Source of the DNA: a virus | Direction: 5' to 3' (one strand) | Length of the DNA: 37,695 nucleotides | IMG/VR virus record: IMGVR_UViG_3300032038_000283 | Span: 1-37,695 of that record | Shown here: one piece after another, positions 25,052-32,998 of the stretch | Layout: each line of letters begins with the position of its first letter | Position numbering within the stretch: the stretch's first letter is position 1 | Program-made: the position numbers and the translations under genes | Notes under the pieces: generated by a model | Databases searched by the model: none | Told to the model about the DNA's origin: nothing | The model's input: only the letters and a program-made list of their open reading frames with translations

Positions 25052-25080
25052 ATTATATCTCATTTTTGATATGTTTTCAA
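25052..25080 (-). promoter_or_regulatory. candidate promoter TTGAAA-17-TATAAT in front of the GIY-YIG gene
   Basis: The minus strand reads TTGAAA acatatcaaaaatgaga TATAAT. The -35 element overlaps the terL stop codon. Confidence 0.5.
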
Positions 25081-26318
25081 TACATCACCCCGAATATTGA
25101 TTTATAAACTGTTTTTTCTTTAACTATATGTTTTGTTTTTACGAAATAGCGCATGGAATCCATTTCGTGATCGTTTTCTTTTACTGGACGTTCTTCACCA
25201 ACGTTATTTTCATCCCATACGTAGCCGCTCGCTTCAAACTTCCAATTTACGCAATCTGGATTGATTTTTATTAGCCCTTGCTTTATTGCTGAGGCTGTTT
25301 CTCTTATGCCGTCAAGTACATCGTTGTCGCCTGACCTGCACTTGCACCACGGCTTTTTTCTCAACAGCGCAATAAACGACGCCGCCGACGGGTCTATGAT
25401 TGTTTCAATGCGTTTTCCTGTCGGCAACTTTGCTATAATATCTGCAAGCCATTCTTCAAGGTCTTTCCCGTATTCACTATCGGTTTTTGTCTTGCCTTTG
25501 TCTCTGCCGCTGTAGTAATATTCCCGTTCCGCATACCATACATCTTTTATCTTGACCCATAATAGCGCCGCAAAAGCATTTAATGTTCCGTAGTCTATTG
25601 ATACGCAGTAATCTTGTATTTCGCCGTCAACCTTTTCAAGTGCCTGCTCGTACATGGGATATATCAAGCCCTCAGCCTTAGCCCATTTGCCGAGAATATA
25701 CCGCAGGAAATATACCGTGCCTTTGTATTCATTTTCAAGAGCCTTGATGTACTCAGCAGGTAGGAAAGGATTGTCATAAAGCGTGTATGTTTGGCAATAA
25801 ATATCAATACCGTTTTCAGCGCTATCGATAAACTGCTTGACGTAATGCGTAGGATAAGACGGGTTCGCAGCGGCATGACATACAGAATACGGCAAACTCA
25901 ATCTTGATTTTAAAATCTCGAATACTTCTTTGTGGATATCGCAGATTTCGTCACAATAGCAGAACTTTACCTCCGAACCTCTGAGCTTTGCAACCGCTCC
26001 GACATTATTTGCGCCAAGGCAATAAACTTCTTCACCAAATATGCGACATATAGAGCGGCTGTTAATGCTTGTAATATACGTATCGCCCCAAATCATACGC
26101 ATTGGTGTCAAAACGTTGCGTTCAATGTTTTCACGGCTTGCACCGAGAATGAGATTTATTCCCTTTTTGCCTTTGCGCTCTAAAACACATTGAGGAATAA
26201 CATACTGAATAGCTATGTGTGATTTACCCGAACGCACCGCACCGACCGCAAAATTCCACCGCTTATTTGCATTGCGGATATATTCGGCTTGCTTTTCTGT
26301 TATTTGTATCTCATTCAT
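25077..26318 (-). CDS. terL: terminase large subunit
   Basis: Walker A motif GAVRSGKS. The C-terminal nuclease motif is NDHEMDSMRYF. Confidence 0.9.
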   Translation of the reverse strand: MNEIQITEKQAEYIRNANKRWNFAVGAVRSGKSHIAIQYVIPQCVLERKGKKGINLILGASRENIERNVLTPMRMIWGDTYITSINSRSICRIFGEEVYCLGANNVGAVAKLRGSEVKFCYCDEICDIHKEVFEILKSRLSLPYSVCHAAANPSYPTHYVKQFIDSAENGIDIYCQTYTLYDNPFLPAEYIKALENEYKGTVYFLRYILGKWAKAEGLIYPMYEQALEKVDGEIQDYCVSIDYGTLNAFAALLWVKIKDVWYAEREYYYSGRDKGKTKTDSEYGKDLEEWLADIIAKLPTGKRIETIIDPSAASFIALLRKKPWCKCRSGDNDVLDGIRETASAIKQGLIKINPDCVNWKFEASGYVWDENNVGEERPVKENDHEMDSMRYFVKTKHIVKEKTVYKSIFGVMY

Positions 26319-26685
26319 TATTATCTGCTTGTTCTGCCGCTCGCTTAATCTTCACAAGAGCTTCACCTACTGCCTGCAATGTCTGTTCGTCTGTTTCGAT
26401 GATGTTGTCCTTTTGACCGAGGTAGTTCTTTCCGAGAAAAATTGCCATCGCCGCAGACTTTTCCGCAAGCTTAAACTGTGCCCTTCTCAGACTCATTTTG
26501 CCCTTTGCCGAGTGCTTTTTATATGTCTCCGCAAATGTTTCCCCATACTCACGTTTGCACCACCGCTCTATTGTATCTGCCGAGCAATCAAAAACCCCTG
26601 CGATTTCTTCAAGTGTACACTGCAAACCGCAAAGATTTTCAAATATTTTTTTGTCTATTTCTTTTTGCGGTCTGCCTGTTGCCAC
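26311..26685 (-). CDS. terS: terminase small subunit (HTH type)
   Basis: MATGRPQKEIDKKIFENLCGLQCTLEEIAGVF...TIERW. It lies directly upstream of terL and overlaps it. Confidence 0.8.
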   Translation of the reverse strand: MATGRPQKEIDKKIFENLCGLQCTLEEIAGVFDCSADTIERWCKREYGETFAETYKKHSAKGKMSLRRAQFKLAEKSAAMAIFLGKNYLGQKDNIIETDEQTLQAVGEALVKIKRAAEQADNNE

Positions 26686-26694
26686 TTAATCACC

Positions 26695-27864
26695 TCAGTT
26701 TACTTTTACTGCCGCTTTCCCTGTAAAGTTTTCATATCTCGAAATAATTACGTCGCAATAGTGTTCGTCTAACTCACACATATAGCATTTTCTGTTTAAC
26801 TGTTCACAGGCTATTAGTGTGCTACCACTACCACCGAATAAATCAAGCACCACGCTATTTTCTTTGCTGCTATGTGAAATAGCCATTGCAGGGACTTCAA
26901 CAGGCTTTTCTGTCGGATGCCCTGTTTTTCCGTTTATTTTATTGATTGTCCATGTTGATAACGCATGTCCTTCTTTTGGGAAGTTAAATGTGTGTTTTCC
27001 TCTTGTTGCATAACAAACAATCTCTGTGTTCCATGTCCAATGTCTTTTCATCAAACTCGGCATCGGATTTGGTTTGCTCCATATACAGTAAGAAAAATGG
27101 TCTGCCCACGTTTTCATCCACGTCCAAATTTCACCTGCAAGAAAATGTGATGTGCATATATAAACAGTGCAATCATTTTTTATAGTCTGTAATATAGATT
27201 CAAAAATATCTGATATCACAAAATCCTTATCCCATTCTGTTTTTGCAAGTTCTCTCATGCGTGGAGAATTGCTATCCTTTGTAACATTCTTGCTATCACT
27301 TGCAATATTATATGGCGGGTCAGTGAACACCATATCAGCCTTTACCCCGTCCATAAGCCTGTCAATAACCGCAGGGTCGGTGGAGTCACCGCAAATTAAA
27401 AAATGCTCTCCAAGTTGCCATATATTGCCCAACTTGCACCGTGTTTCAACTTCTTCGGGGATTTCATCTTCTTCGATTTCCTGCGGTTCGTTATCATCAA
27501 GATTTAACTCAAACCCAAACTCCGACATATCAATATCAAAAATACCGTCAAGCTCTTCGCCAAGCAAATCAAAGTCCCACTCTGCAAGCTCGCCGACCTT
27601 GTTGTCGGCAAGCCTGAACGCTTTAACTTGTTCCTCGGTCAAATCATCTGCAATAACGCAAGGGAGCTTTTCAAGCCCTAATTCCTGAGCCGCCTTATAT
27701 CTCGTGTGACCTGCTACAATCACACCGTCTTTGTCAATGACAATCGGCACCTTGAATCCAAATTCTTTAATGCTGTTTGCAACGTACTCAACAGCCTCAT
27801 CGTTTTTCCTCGGGTTCTTTTCGTATGGCGTTATTTCTGTTATGCTTTTCTCAATTATCTGCAT
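26695..27864 (-). CDS. ParB-like nuclease domain fused to a DNA methyltransferase (DPPY ... FGGSGST; N6A/N4C beta class)
   Basis: The N-terminus is YEKNPRKNDEAVEYVANSIKEFGF...AGHTRYKAA. The C-terminus has FTDPPY and DLFGGSGSTLIA. Confidence 0.85.
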   Translation of the reverse strand: MQIIEKSITEITPYEKNPRKNDEAVEYVANSIKEFGFKVPIVIDKDGVIVAGHTRYKAAQELGLEKLPCVIADDLTEEQVKAFRLADNKVGELAEWDFDLLGEELDGIFDIDMSEFGFELNLDDNEPQEIEEDEIPEEVETRCKLGNIWQLGEHFLICGDSTDPAVIDRLMDGVKADMVFTDPPYNIASDSKNVTKDSNSPRMRELAKTEWDKDFVISDIFESILQTIKNDCTVYICTSHFLAGEIWTWMKTWADHFSYCIWSKPNPMPSLMKRHWTWNTEIVCYATRGKHTFNFPKEGHALSTWTINKINGKTGHPTEKPVEVPAMAISHSSKENSVVLDLFGGSGSTLIACEQLNRKCYMCELDEHYCDVIISRYENFTGKAAVKVN

Positions 27865-27867
27865 ACA

Positions 27868-28482
27868 TTAAATCCCTTTCAATATAGGGTATTTTTCCAC
27901 AAAATAATCCCATTTTTTCTCATTGATAAGTTTCTGTTTGGCTTCTTCTCTGTCCTTTATGCATTGCTCTTTTGTTTTAAAAAACGCACAATTGGCGCAT
28001 TTTGTGTCAATCAAAATTCTGCATTGCTCACCGAGGAAACAACATTTGCTTTTTCCTTCATCTTCAAGAAAAAAGTCCTCACTTAAATTATACAGCTTTG
28101 CAATTCCTTTTGCAATACTTTTTGTAAAAACTTCCTTGCCTACGATGATTTCCCAAACTTGATTGTATTTCAAGTGCATTTTCTGTTCAATCTCGTTTGT
28201 GCTTATGCCATTGTCGGACATAAAATCAAATAACTTTTCTCGGCTATAATTCGGCTGATTGGTCGAGATGTATTCATCTGATAAAAACTCAGTAAGTGAG
28301 ATACCCGTGCCTGTTTCAATGTCTTTGGCAAGCCTTTCCGGAACTGCCCGTTGCCCCTTTAACACCTCGGCTACTGCGCTTGCATTCCATCTATACATAG
28401 CAGGGTGTTCAATCAAATCTTTAATGTTTATATGCTTTTCCTGCATTTTTGCTATTATCTTTTTGTAGTCATATTTTAACAT
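27868..28482 (-). CDS. hypothetical protein with two HTH-like segments and a C-terminal Cys cluster; possible regulator
   Basis: The Cys cluster is CCFLGEQC...C..C. The position is just before the methylase/packaging genes. Confidence 0.4.
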   Translation of the reverse strand: MLKYDYKKIIAKMQEKHINIKDLIEHPAMYRWNASAVAEVLKGQRAVPERLAKDIETGTGISLTEFLSDEYISTNQPNYSREKLFDFMSDNGISTNEIEQKMHLKYNQVWEIIVGKEVFTKSIAKGIAKLYNLSEDFFLEDEGKSKCCFLGEQCRILIDTKCANCAFFKTKEQCIKDREEAKQKLINEKKWDYFVEKYPILKGI

Positions 28483-28484
28483 TT

Positions 28485-28682
28485 TTAATCCCCGTAAACA
28501 ATCTTAAATAGTTCACTCATTTTGACGTTGAGCAATTTTGATAGCTTTTTTAAATGTATGGGCTTAGGACGTCGAAGTCCCTTACACCACTTATAAACCG
28601 TGTTATACGAAACTCCGCACAGTCTTGCTACTTCTGAGCGCCCTATTTGTGACCTGTCTATTAATTCTCCGAGTCTGTTCAT
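28485..28682 (-). CDS. small XRE-type HTH protein
   Basis: The start MNRLGEL at 28682 follows GGAGG. It contains RSEVARLCGVSYNTVYKW. Confidence 0.7.
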   Translation of the reverse strand: MNRLGELIDRSQIGRSEVARLCGVSYNTVYKWCKGLRRPKPIHLKKLSKLLNVKMSELFKIVYGD

Positions 28683-28897
28683 TAAATCCTCCCCTGCATG
28701 TTTGTTAACTCCGCGTCTTCCAGTTTGCAATAAATTAGGCTGCTATTAGCTATCGTGTCTTTCAATTCGAGCCGGTAATAAAATTTCTTTTCTTTTCTAT
28801 CGATTTTATAGATAGCCGCCGAGATTTCGTACAAACCTCCTTGATACTTAACAAGAGCATTATCCCACATTGCTCCCTTCAATTCTTCAACCAACAT
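28682..28897 (-). CDS. hypothetical protein (71 aa)
   Basis: ORF coupled to both neighbours. Confidence 0.5.
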   Translation of the reverse strand: MLVEELKGAMWDNALVKYQGGLYEISAAIYKIDRKEKKFYYRLELKDTIANSSLIYCKLEDAELTNMQGRI

Positions 28898-28899
28898 AA

Positions 28900-29256
28900 T
28901 TATATGCCCTCAATCACTATCTCAGTTCTCGGATTGTCTTTATCTACATTCCCGACCAATTTTAAGTCAATGCAAGAAAAGCAATCATCAATAATAATTC
29001 CGCTCCGAACAAGCCCGTCAAGGATAAACTTGCCTGAGTAGTTATCAGGGTCACGCCTGCGCTTGTCTTTGAAATAATAAATGATTGTTACTCTTGATTT
29101 TTTAAGCGGTTCCCGTGGGCGAGGAACACAAAATAATTGAATTACCCTCGCCCACTTTTTCTTTTCATTCTGATATTGCCACCGCTGATTTTTCCCGATA
29201 AACTTGTTGTTGCTTGGCGGTATCGCTTTGATTAAATATTTATAAATCAAGCTCAT
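28900..29256 (-). CDS. rusA: RusA-family Holliday junction resolvase
   Basis: RRRDPDNYSGKFILDGLVRSGIIIDD. Confidence 0.8.
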   Translation of the reverse strand: MSLIYKYLIKAIPPSNNKFIGKNQRWQYQNEKKKWARVIQLFCVPRPREPLKKSRVTIIYYFKDKRRRDPDNYSGKFILDGLVRSGIIIDDCFSCIDLKLVGNVDKDNPRTEIVIEGI

Positions 29257-29262
29257 CTTGAA

Positions 29263-29679
29263 TCACCGCTCAGCGTTTACTCCAAACTGAATATAATACA
29301 ACTGTTCGTCATAATCGTATACAAGTTTGTATACACCTTCAATCATATCCCAGTCAAGCAATTTTGAACTCGTACTTATGCATTCACTTAACATCCTATC
29401 CTTTGCAGATTTTGATATCTTGTATGAATCAGCGCTCTTCGGCGAATCCTCAAAGTATAGTCGGTTATCCTTTACGGAGTACTTCATCAAAATGTATCCT
29501 GAGTCTGATATAACACGTGCAGCCCCATTGTAGAAGAAAATGCTTGCTCTTACTCTTTGGCTTCCGTCATCTTTTTTCCCTGCTTTTTGAACCGAGATTC
29601 TGACTGTTTTCCCTTTGTATAATTGTCCGATTTCTCGTTTCCCTTTTTTGCCTTTTTCAATAACGATAAAGTCTTTCAT
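29263..29679 (-). CDS. hypothetical protein (138 aa)
   Basis: AAGGAGGAGGTG SD. Confidence 0.55.
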   Translation of the reverse strand: MKDFIVIEKGKKGKREIGQLYKGKTVRISVQKAGKKDDGSQRVRASIFFYNGAARVISDSGYILMKYSVKDNRLYFEDSPKSADSYKISKSAKDRMLSECISTSSKLLDWDMIEGVYKLVYDYDEQLYYIQFGVNAER

Positions 29680-29681
29680 AT

Positions 29682-29978
29682 TTACACCTCCTCCTTAAAA
29701 TCCAGATATATATTCGGCTGTATCTGTTCCGCCATCATCGGCGGTTTTATCCTATCAGCTTTAGGCTGGTTGCAAATCTCCTCGGCAAGTTGTTTAATAA
29801 CCCGGTTGAGCTTTTTAAAAAACCTCTTTATTCTCAACATCTTTGTCGGCTTGATTTCTCCAAGCCTCAGCTTCTGCGCCATCAGGTTAATGTGGTACTT
29901 GCTTTCGGGGTTCCCTTTGATTCTGATAACATTTTCCCCGTTTACTTTTTTAATTTTAATTACAACTTTTTCTGCCAT
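29682..29978 (-). CDS. hypothetical basic protein (start at 29978 or 30017)
   Basis: ATG at 29978 follows AAAAAGAAAGGAT. Confidence 0.5.
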   Translation of the reverse strand: MAEKVVIKIKKVNGENVIRIKGNPESKYHINLMAQKLRLGEIKPTKMLRIKRFFKKLNRVIKQLAEEICNQPKADRIKPPMMAEQIQPNIYLDFKEEV

Positions 29979-30000
29979 TTTGATTATCCTTTCTTTTTTA

Positions 30001-30201
30001 TTATTTTTCTTCGACAATTTGCTGTTCGTAAATACCTACCGCATTTTGACACCCACATTGTGGGCAGTCAAACATTTCAAATATCGTAGGTTTTTCGGTT
30101 AATGCCCCAACAACAGAAGAGCCTCTCCGCACTAAATACCTGTTTTCTTTTTCAAGTCGGAACTTAAATCCGCACGCTCTACATTTTTTCTTTTTTATCA
30201 T
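30001..30201 (-). CDS. small zinc-ribbon protein (66 aa)
   Basis: The start MIKKKKCRACG at 30201 follows GGAGGTG. The Cys pairs are CxxC...CxxC. Confidence 0.6.
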   Translation of the reverse strand: MIKKKKCRACGFKFRLEKENRYLVRRGSSVVGALTEKPTIFEMFDCPQCGCQNAVGIYEQQIVEEK

Positions 30202-30300
30202 TTTTTCACCTCCACCCCTCGCCGCACCGAGGGTATGTATTCGCACGCTGCAGAAATTGTATGAATGATTATTAAAAGCAGAGGCGCGGTGCTTTGTGGG

Positions 30301-30545
30301 TTAATTTGTCCAGTCAAGCGCCTGCCCGCAGTTAAAACAATAGCTCTCAGAATCAAACTCATCAATTGACATGCCACAGGTGGGCATTTTAGTAATGGCT
30401 TTCCGCCGTCAACCGGCTTCCGCTTGATCATACAGCAGTTGATTGCCCTGATCGCCATATCGATCTCAGGCGGGCGCTCGCCCTTGTCCGTGCGGATACG
30501 GTTCAATTTGATTAATGCGGACTCGGGTGTGATATCATTCGGCAT
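30301..30545 (-). pseudogene. zinc-ribbon small protein with a 1-nt frame break at about 30380-30386
   Basis: The zero frame gives ...PLLKCP followed by a junk hydrophobic tail to 30198. The -1 frame gives TCGMSIDEFDSESYCFNCGQALDWTN and a stop at 30301, completing a CPxCG...CxxCG ribbon. Confidence 0.6.
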
Positions 30546-31023
30546 TGAAACACCTCCGATTAATGATTTCGTACAAGTAGCTATCTATGTAGTTACCTTT
30601 TTCGTCCTTTGTCGTTTCGTGAAAATGGTGTATGTACCCATTGTGACGCTTGCAGTATTTATCATAATGGCGTTTTACGGGGTTAGTACCTACCACGCGC
30701 CACTCGATTCGGTGGTGTTTTTTTACAAGCTCTTCGAGCTTACTAAACAAGTCGCGCCCTAAAAGCGGATTACCCTTATCGAAAGAGAAAAGTCCGAAAT
30801 CTTGCGCGGTGTCGTTATAATCGTTGACTCTGTATCTGAGAAATCCAATGACATTATCAGTACTATCAACGATTGCGTATTGATAAAGATCTTCTTCCTC
30901 CTCGATCTTCGGCAAACTGTTCCCGCAGTAATATCCGCAATAGTAGAAATAGTCCGTTGTGTATAGGTATTCGGCAAACTTTCTTGTGATCTCATTTGTA
31001 TATAAGAGTGCCGGCTTAAGCAT
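30535..31023 (-). CDS. GNAT-like acetyltransferase-fold protein (tentative)
   Basis: ATG at 31023 follows AAGGAG. The segment RIEWRVVGTNPVKRHYDKYCKRHNG resembles a GNAT core. Confidence 0.4.
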   Translation of the reverse strand: MLKPALLYTNEITRKFAEYLYTTDYFYYCGYYCGNSLPKIEEEEDLYQYAIVDSTDNVIGFLRYRVNDYNDTAQDFGLFSFDKGNPLLGRDLFSKLEELVKKHHRIEWRVVGTNPVKRHYDKYCKRHNGYIHHFHETTKDEKGNYIDSYLYEIINRRCFNAE

Positions 31024-31363
31024 TGCTTTCACGCTCCTTCAAGGCTTGTTCGTCCATTTTGGCACCGCAATTTGGACAGTAAGAATAACAATTATCGGTC
31101 GGAGTTCCTTCCTCTAAAACAAAATGTTCATTGCAATTAGAGCAACGATAAATAGGATCGCCATACATATCTTCATCTTCAACCCATTCTGCATGTGACA
31201 ACTCCACGAACCGGGAGCGGTCTTTGAAGTAGTGACATTCGTCACACTCAATATTCTTTAATAGTTTAAAATCAGGTGTAGCAAGTTTGCATTTATTATA
31301 TGCGATAGATAAATACGAACAGCACACCTCAACATGTACGCAATCTTTACAAGTTGCCATCAC
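31016..31363 (-). CDS. Cys-rich zinc-ribbon protein (115 aa)
   Basis: Multiple CxxC pairs, including CSNC...CPNCG. Confidence 0.55.
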   Translation of the reverse strand: MMATCKDCVHVEVCCSYLSIAYNKCKLATPDFKLLKNIECDECHYFKDRSRFVELSHAEWVEDEDMYGDPIYRCSNCNEHFVLEEGTPTDNCYSYCPNCGAKMDEQALKERESNA

Positions 31364-31602
31364 TCGCTCACCTCCGCTTCGATGATTGTTTCGGCTTCTG
31401 TGACTATGTTATACGCAACATTGTAATCATATCTCTCAGCAAACGTAACTCTATTGATTTCGTCGGTCAAATCATCTCGCTCAACTAAATCTCCGTGCGG
31501 TGTGGGGATTTCAATGATGGGATAACGCTTGTATGCGGTGTCCTTCTCTCCGTTAACGGCTGCATGTTGCGGCAGCTCCATGCCTTTAATTATCAGGCTC
31601 AT
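31360..31602 (-). CDS. hypothetical protein (80 aa)
   Basis: GGAGGTG SD and ATGA coupling to the upstream gene. Confidence 0.55.
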   Translation of the reverse strand: MSLIIKGMELPQHAAVNGEKDTAYKRYPIIEIPTPHGDLVERDDLTDEINRVTFAERYDYNVAYNIVTEAETIIEAEVSE

Positions 31603-32027
31603 TTTGTCACCTCCAGCATTTCGGGGTTGTCGTGAATGTTGCCGATGACTTCATATTCAACTGTAACATTGTCAACCACGCATAAAAAGGGGCTTTTTCC
31701 GTAAGAAAAGCATAAGCCTTCATCATCAAAAAATACGACATCAGTAGTGATATCTGTATATTCTTTCGTATCATCGTCAAATGGGGACTGATATTTTTGA
31801 ATTATTTTCAAAATATCCCCCTCAAAAATCTTCTTGCCGTTCTTGTCGGTCAAGCCTGTATACTGCCCGACGGTCTCTTTCTTAACCGCTATCGGTTCCC
31901 ATGCACCATCTGATTCTGGTACAATAGCAGGTTTGCAAGGGAATCGCCCAAAGCAAACTGGCACATAATACCCGTAAACCCACTCGCCGTTACCAACCCG
32001 TTTACCACGGAATAATATTTTTCTCAT
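31599..32027 (-). CDS. YopX-family protein
   Basis: The start MRKILFRGKRV...GEWVYGYYV at 32027 follows AGGAGG. It also contains GQYTGLTDKNGKKIFEGDIL. Confidence 0.75.
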   Translation of the reverse strand: MRKILFRGKRVGNGEWVYGYYVPVCFGRFPCKPAIVPESDGAWEPIAVKKETVGQYTGLTDKNGKKIFEGDILKIIQKYQSPFDDDTKEYTDITTDVVFFDDEGLCFSYGKSPFLCVVDNVTVEYEVIGNIHDNPEMLEVTK

Positions 32028-32212
32028 TCCGTTGCCTCCTTTTGATTTAACCACCCGTTTAACTTCTCCTCGCATTTTGGGCACAAGTCAACTGGCTGCC
32101 ATCCCGTTATAAAATTATCCAGTTTCCTGATTACAAATGACGGGAATACTACGTTTGACGCAGGGTTTATATTTATTTTACCTCCGCATTTATCGCATGT
32201 TTTTATAATCAT
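32024..32212 (-). CDS. small zinc-ribbon protein (62 aa)
   Basis: CDKCG...CPKC. Confidence 0.55.
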   Translation of the reverse strand: MIIKTCDKCGGKININPASNVVFPSFVIRKLDNFITGWQPVDLCPKCEEKLNGWLNQKEATE

Positions 32213-32254
32213 TATTTCCTACCTCCGCATACCGCCGCCAAAATTCCAAATCCC

Positions 32255-32410
32255 TCACTGCTCTGCCTCCAATTCTTCAATTCCTACCTCTGCGCGATCG
32301 TCGCCGTGTTTGAGGTGTACAATGGTCTGACCGCCTTTTTCGGTCATTTCTTCGATATCCCACATCTTACCGTCGTGCTTGACTTGCTGGTCTGCCATAA
32401 ATAACATCAT
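32255..32410 (-). CDS. hypothetical 51-aa acidic protein
   Basis: Not in the track. GGAGGGG SD. Translation: MMLFMADQQVKHDGKMWDIEEMTEKGGQTIVHLKHGDDRAEVGIEELEAEQ. Confidence 0.45.
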   Translation of the reverse strand: MMLFMADQQVKHDGKMWDIEEMTEKGGQTIVHLKHGDDRAEVGIEELEAEQ

Positions 32411-32490
32411 TTTTCATCCCCTCCATTCGCCGCAGCCATGAGCGCCATTATAACAACGCCTACAAAAACGCCAATAATAAATCCTATCAT
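32407..32490 (-). CDS. 27-aa single-pass membrane peptide
   Basis: Not in the track. AAGGAAAGGAG SD. Translation is MIGFIIGVFVGVVIMALMAAANGGDEK. It has an ATGA overlap with the next ORF. Confidence 0.4.
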   Translation of the reverse strand: MIGFIIGVFVGVVIMALMAAANGGDEK

Positions 32491-32518
32491 GTTGTGTTCT
32501 CCTTTCCTTGAATGTCTA

Positions 32519-32839
32519 CTATCTTATTGCTTTACCACGATCTGTGTAATCCCTGCCGAGCTCGCTAAAACCATATGTGTCAATAATCACTTTGTCGAGT
32601 TGCTCCCAAAATACTTCATTGTCGTCGGCTGTTGCCATAAATTCACCGCACCGATTATAGAAATCTGTCAACCGTTTCTTGCCAAATCCGTAATCTCTGT
32701 TTAACACATAAAGGTAAACTTTCAAACACCGCTGAGCCATTTCCAAGGCTTTTTCTTTTTGGATTTTCTTCCACTCAGCCGCTATTTCTGTTTTTACTGC
32801 CGATTTTAAATCATTCGGCAGCGGTATTCTTGCTTTCAT
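32519..32839 (-). CDS. hypothetical protein (106 aa)
   Basis: GGAAAGGAG SD. Confidence 0.55.
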   Translation of the reverse strand: MKARIPLPNDLKSAVKTEIAAEWKKIQKEKALEMAQRCLKVYLYVLNRDYGFGKKRLTDFYNRCGEFMATADDNEVFWEQLDKVIIDTYGFSELGRDYTDRGKAIR

Positions 32840-32862
32840 TTGTTGTTACTCCTTTCCTCTCT

Positions 32863-32966
32863 CCGCACCGCTTTGGCAAAGCGACAGCGCGTTTACTGCC
32901 GCTTGCCAAGGTGATAAATGAAAGAAAGGAAATTTCGAGGCTTGTCGCCTCGCCAAAACGGTGCGG
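32863..32966 (-). promoter_or_regulatory. GC-rich structured element (about 104 nt) in the 159-nt gap upstream of 32839
   Basis: A 15-nt closing stem CCGCACCGUUUUGGC / GCCAAAGCGGUGCGG forms on the minus strand, where the single mismatch becomes a G-U pair. It encloses two hairpins at 32936-32952 and 32873-32909. Confidence 0.35.
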
Positions 32967-32998
32967 TTATAACTTTAGTTTTTGTTCATCTGCATTTA

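Noticed and set aside
28485-28897. The small HTH gene plus the adjacent 71-aa ORF as a toxin-antitoxin pair.
   Set aside because: The only support is size and adjacency. There is no recognisable toxin motif, and the pair is embedded in a continuous co-directional operon like every other gene here.
30198-30300. The C-terminal 60 aa of the track ORF 30198-30545, and the N-terminal 15 aa of ORF 30001-30246.
   Set aside because: The tail sequence (LMSLILRAIVLTAGRRLTGQINPQSTAPLLLIIIHTISAACEY...) is non-protein-like and overlaps the next gene. The alternative frame completes a zinc ribbon, and the downstream gene has a proper GGAGGTG-ATG start at 30201.
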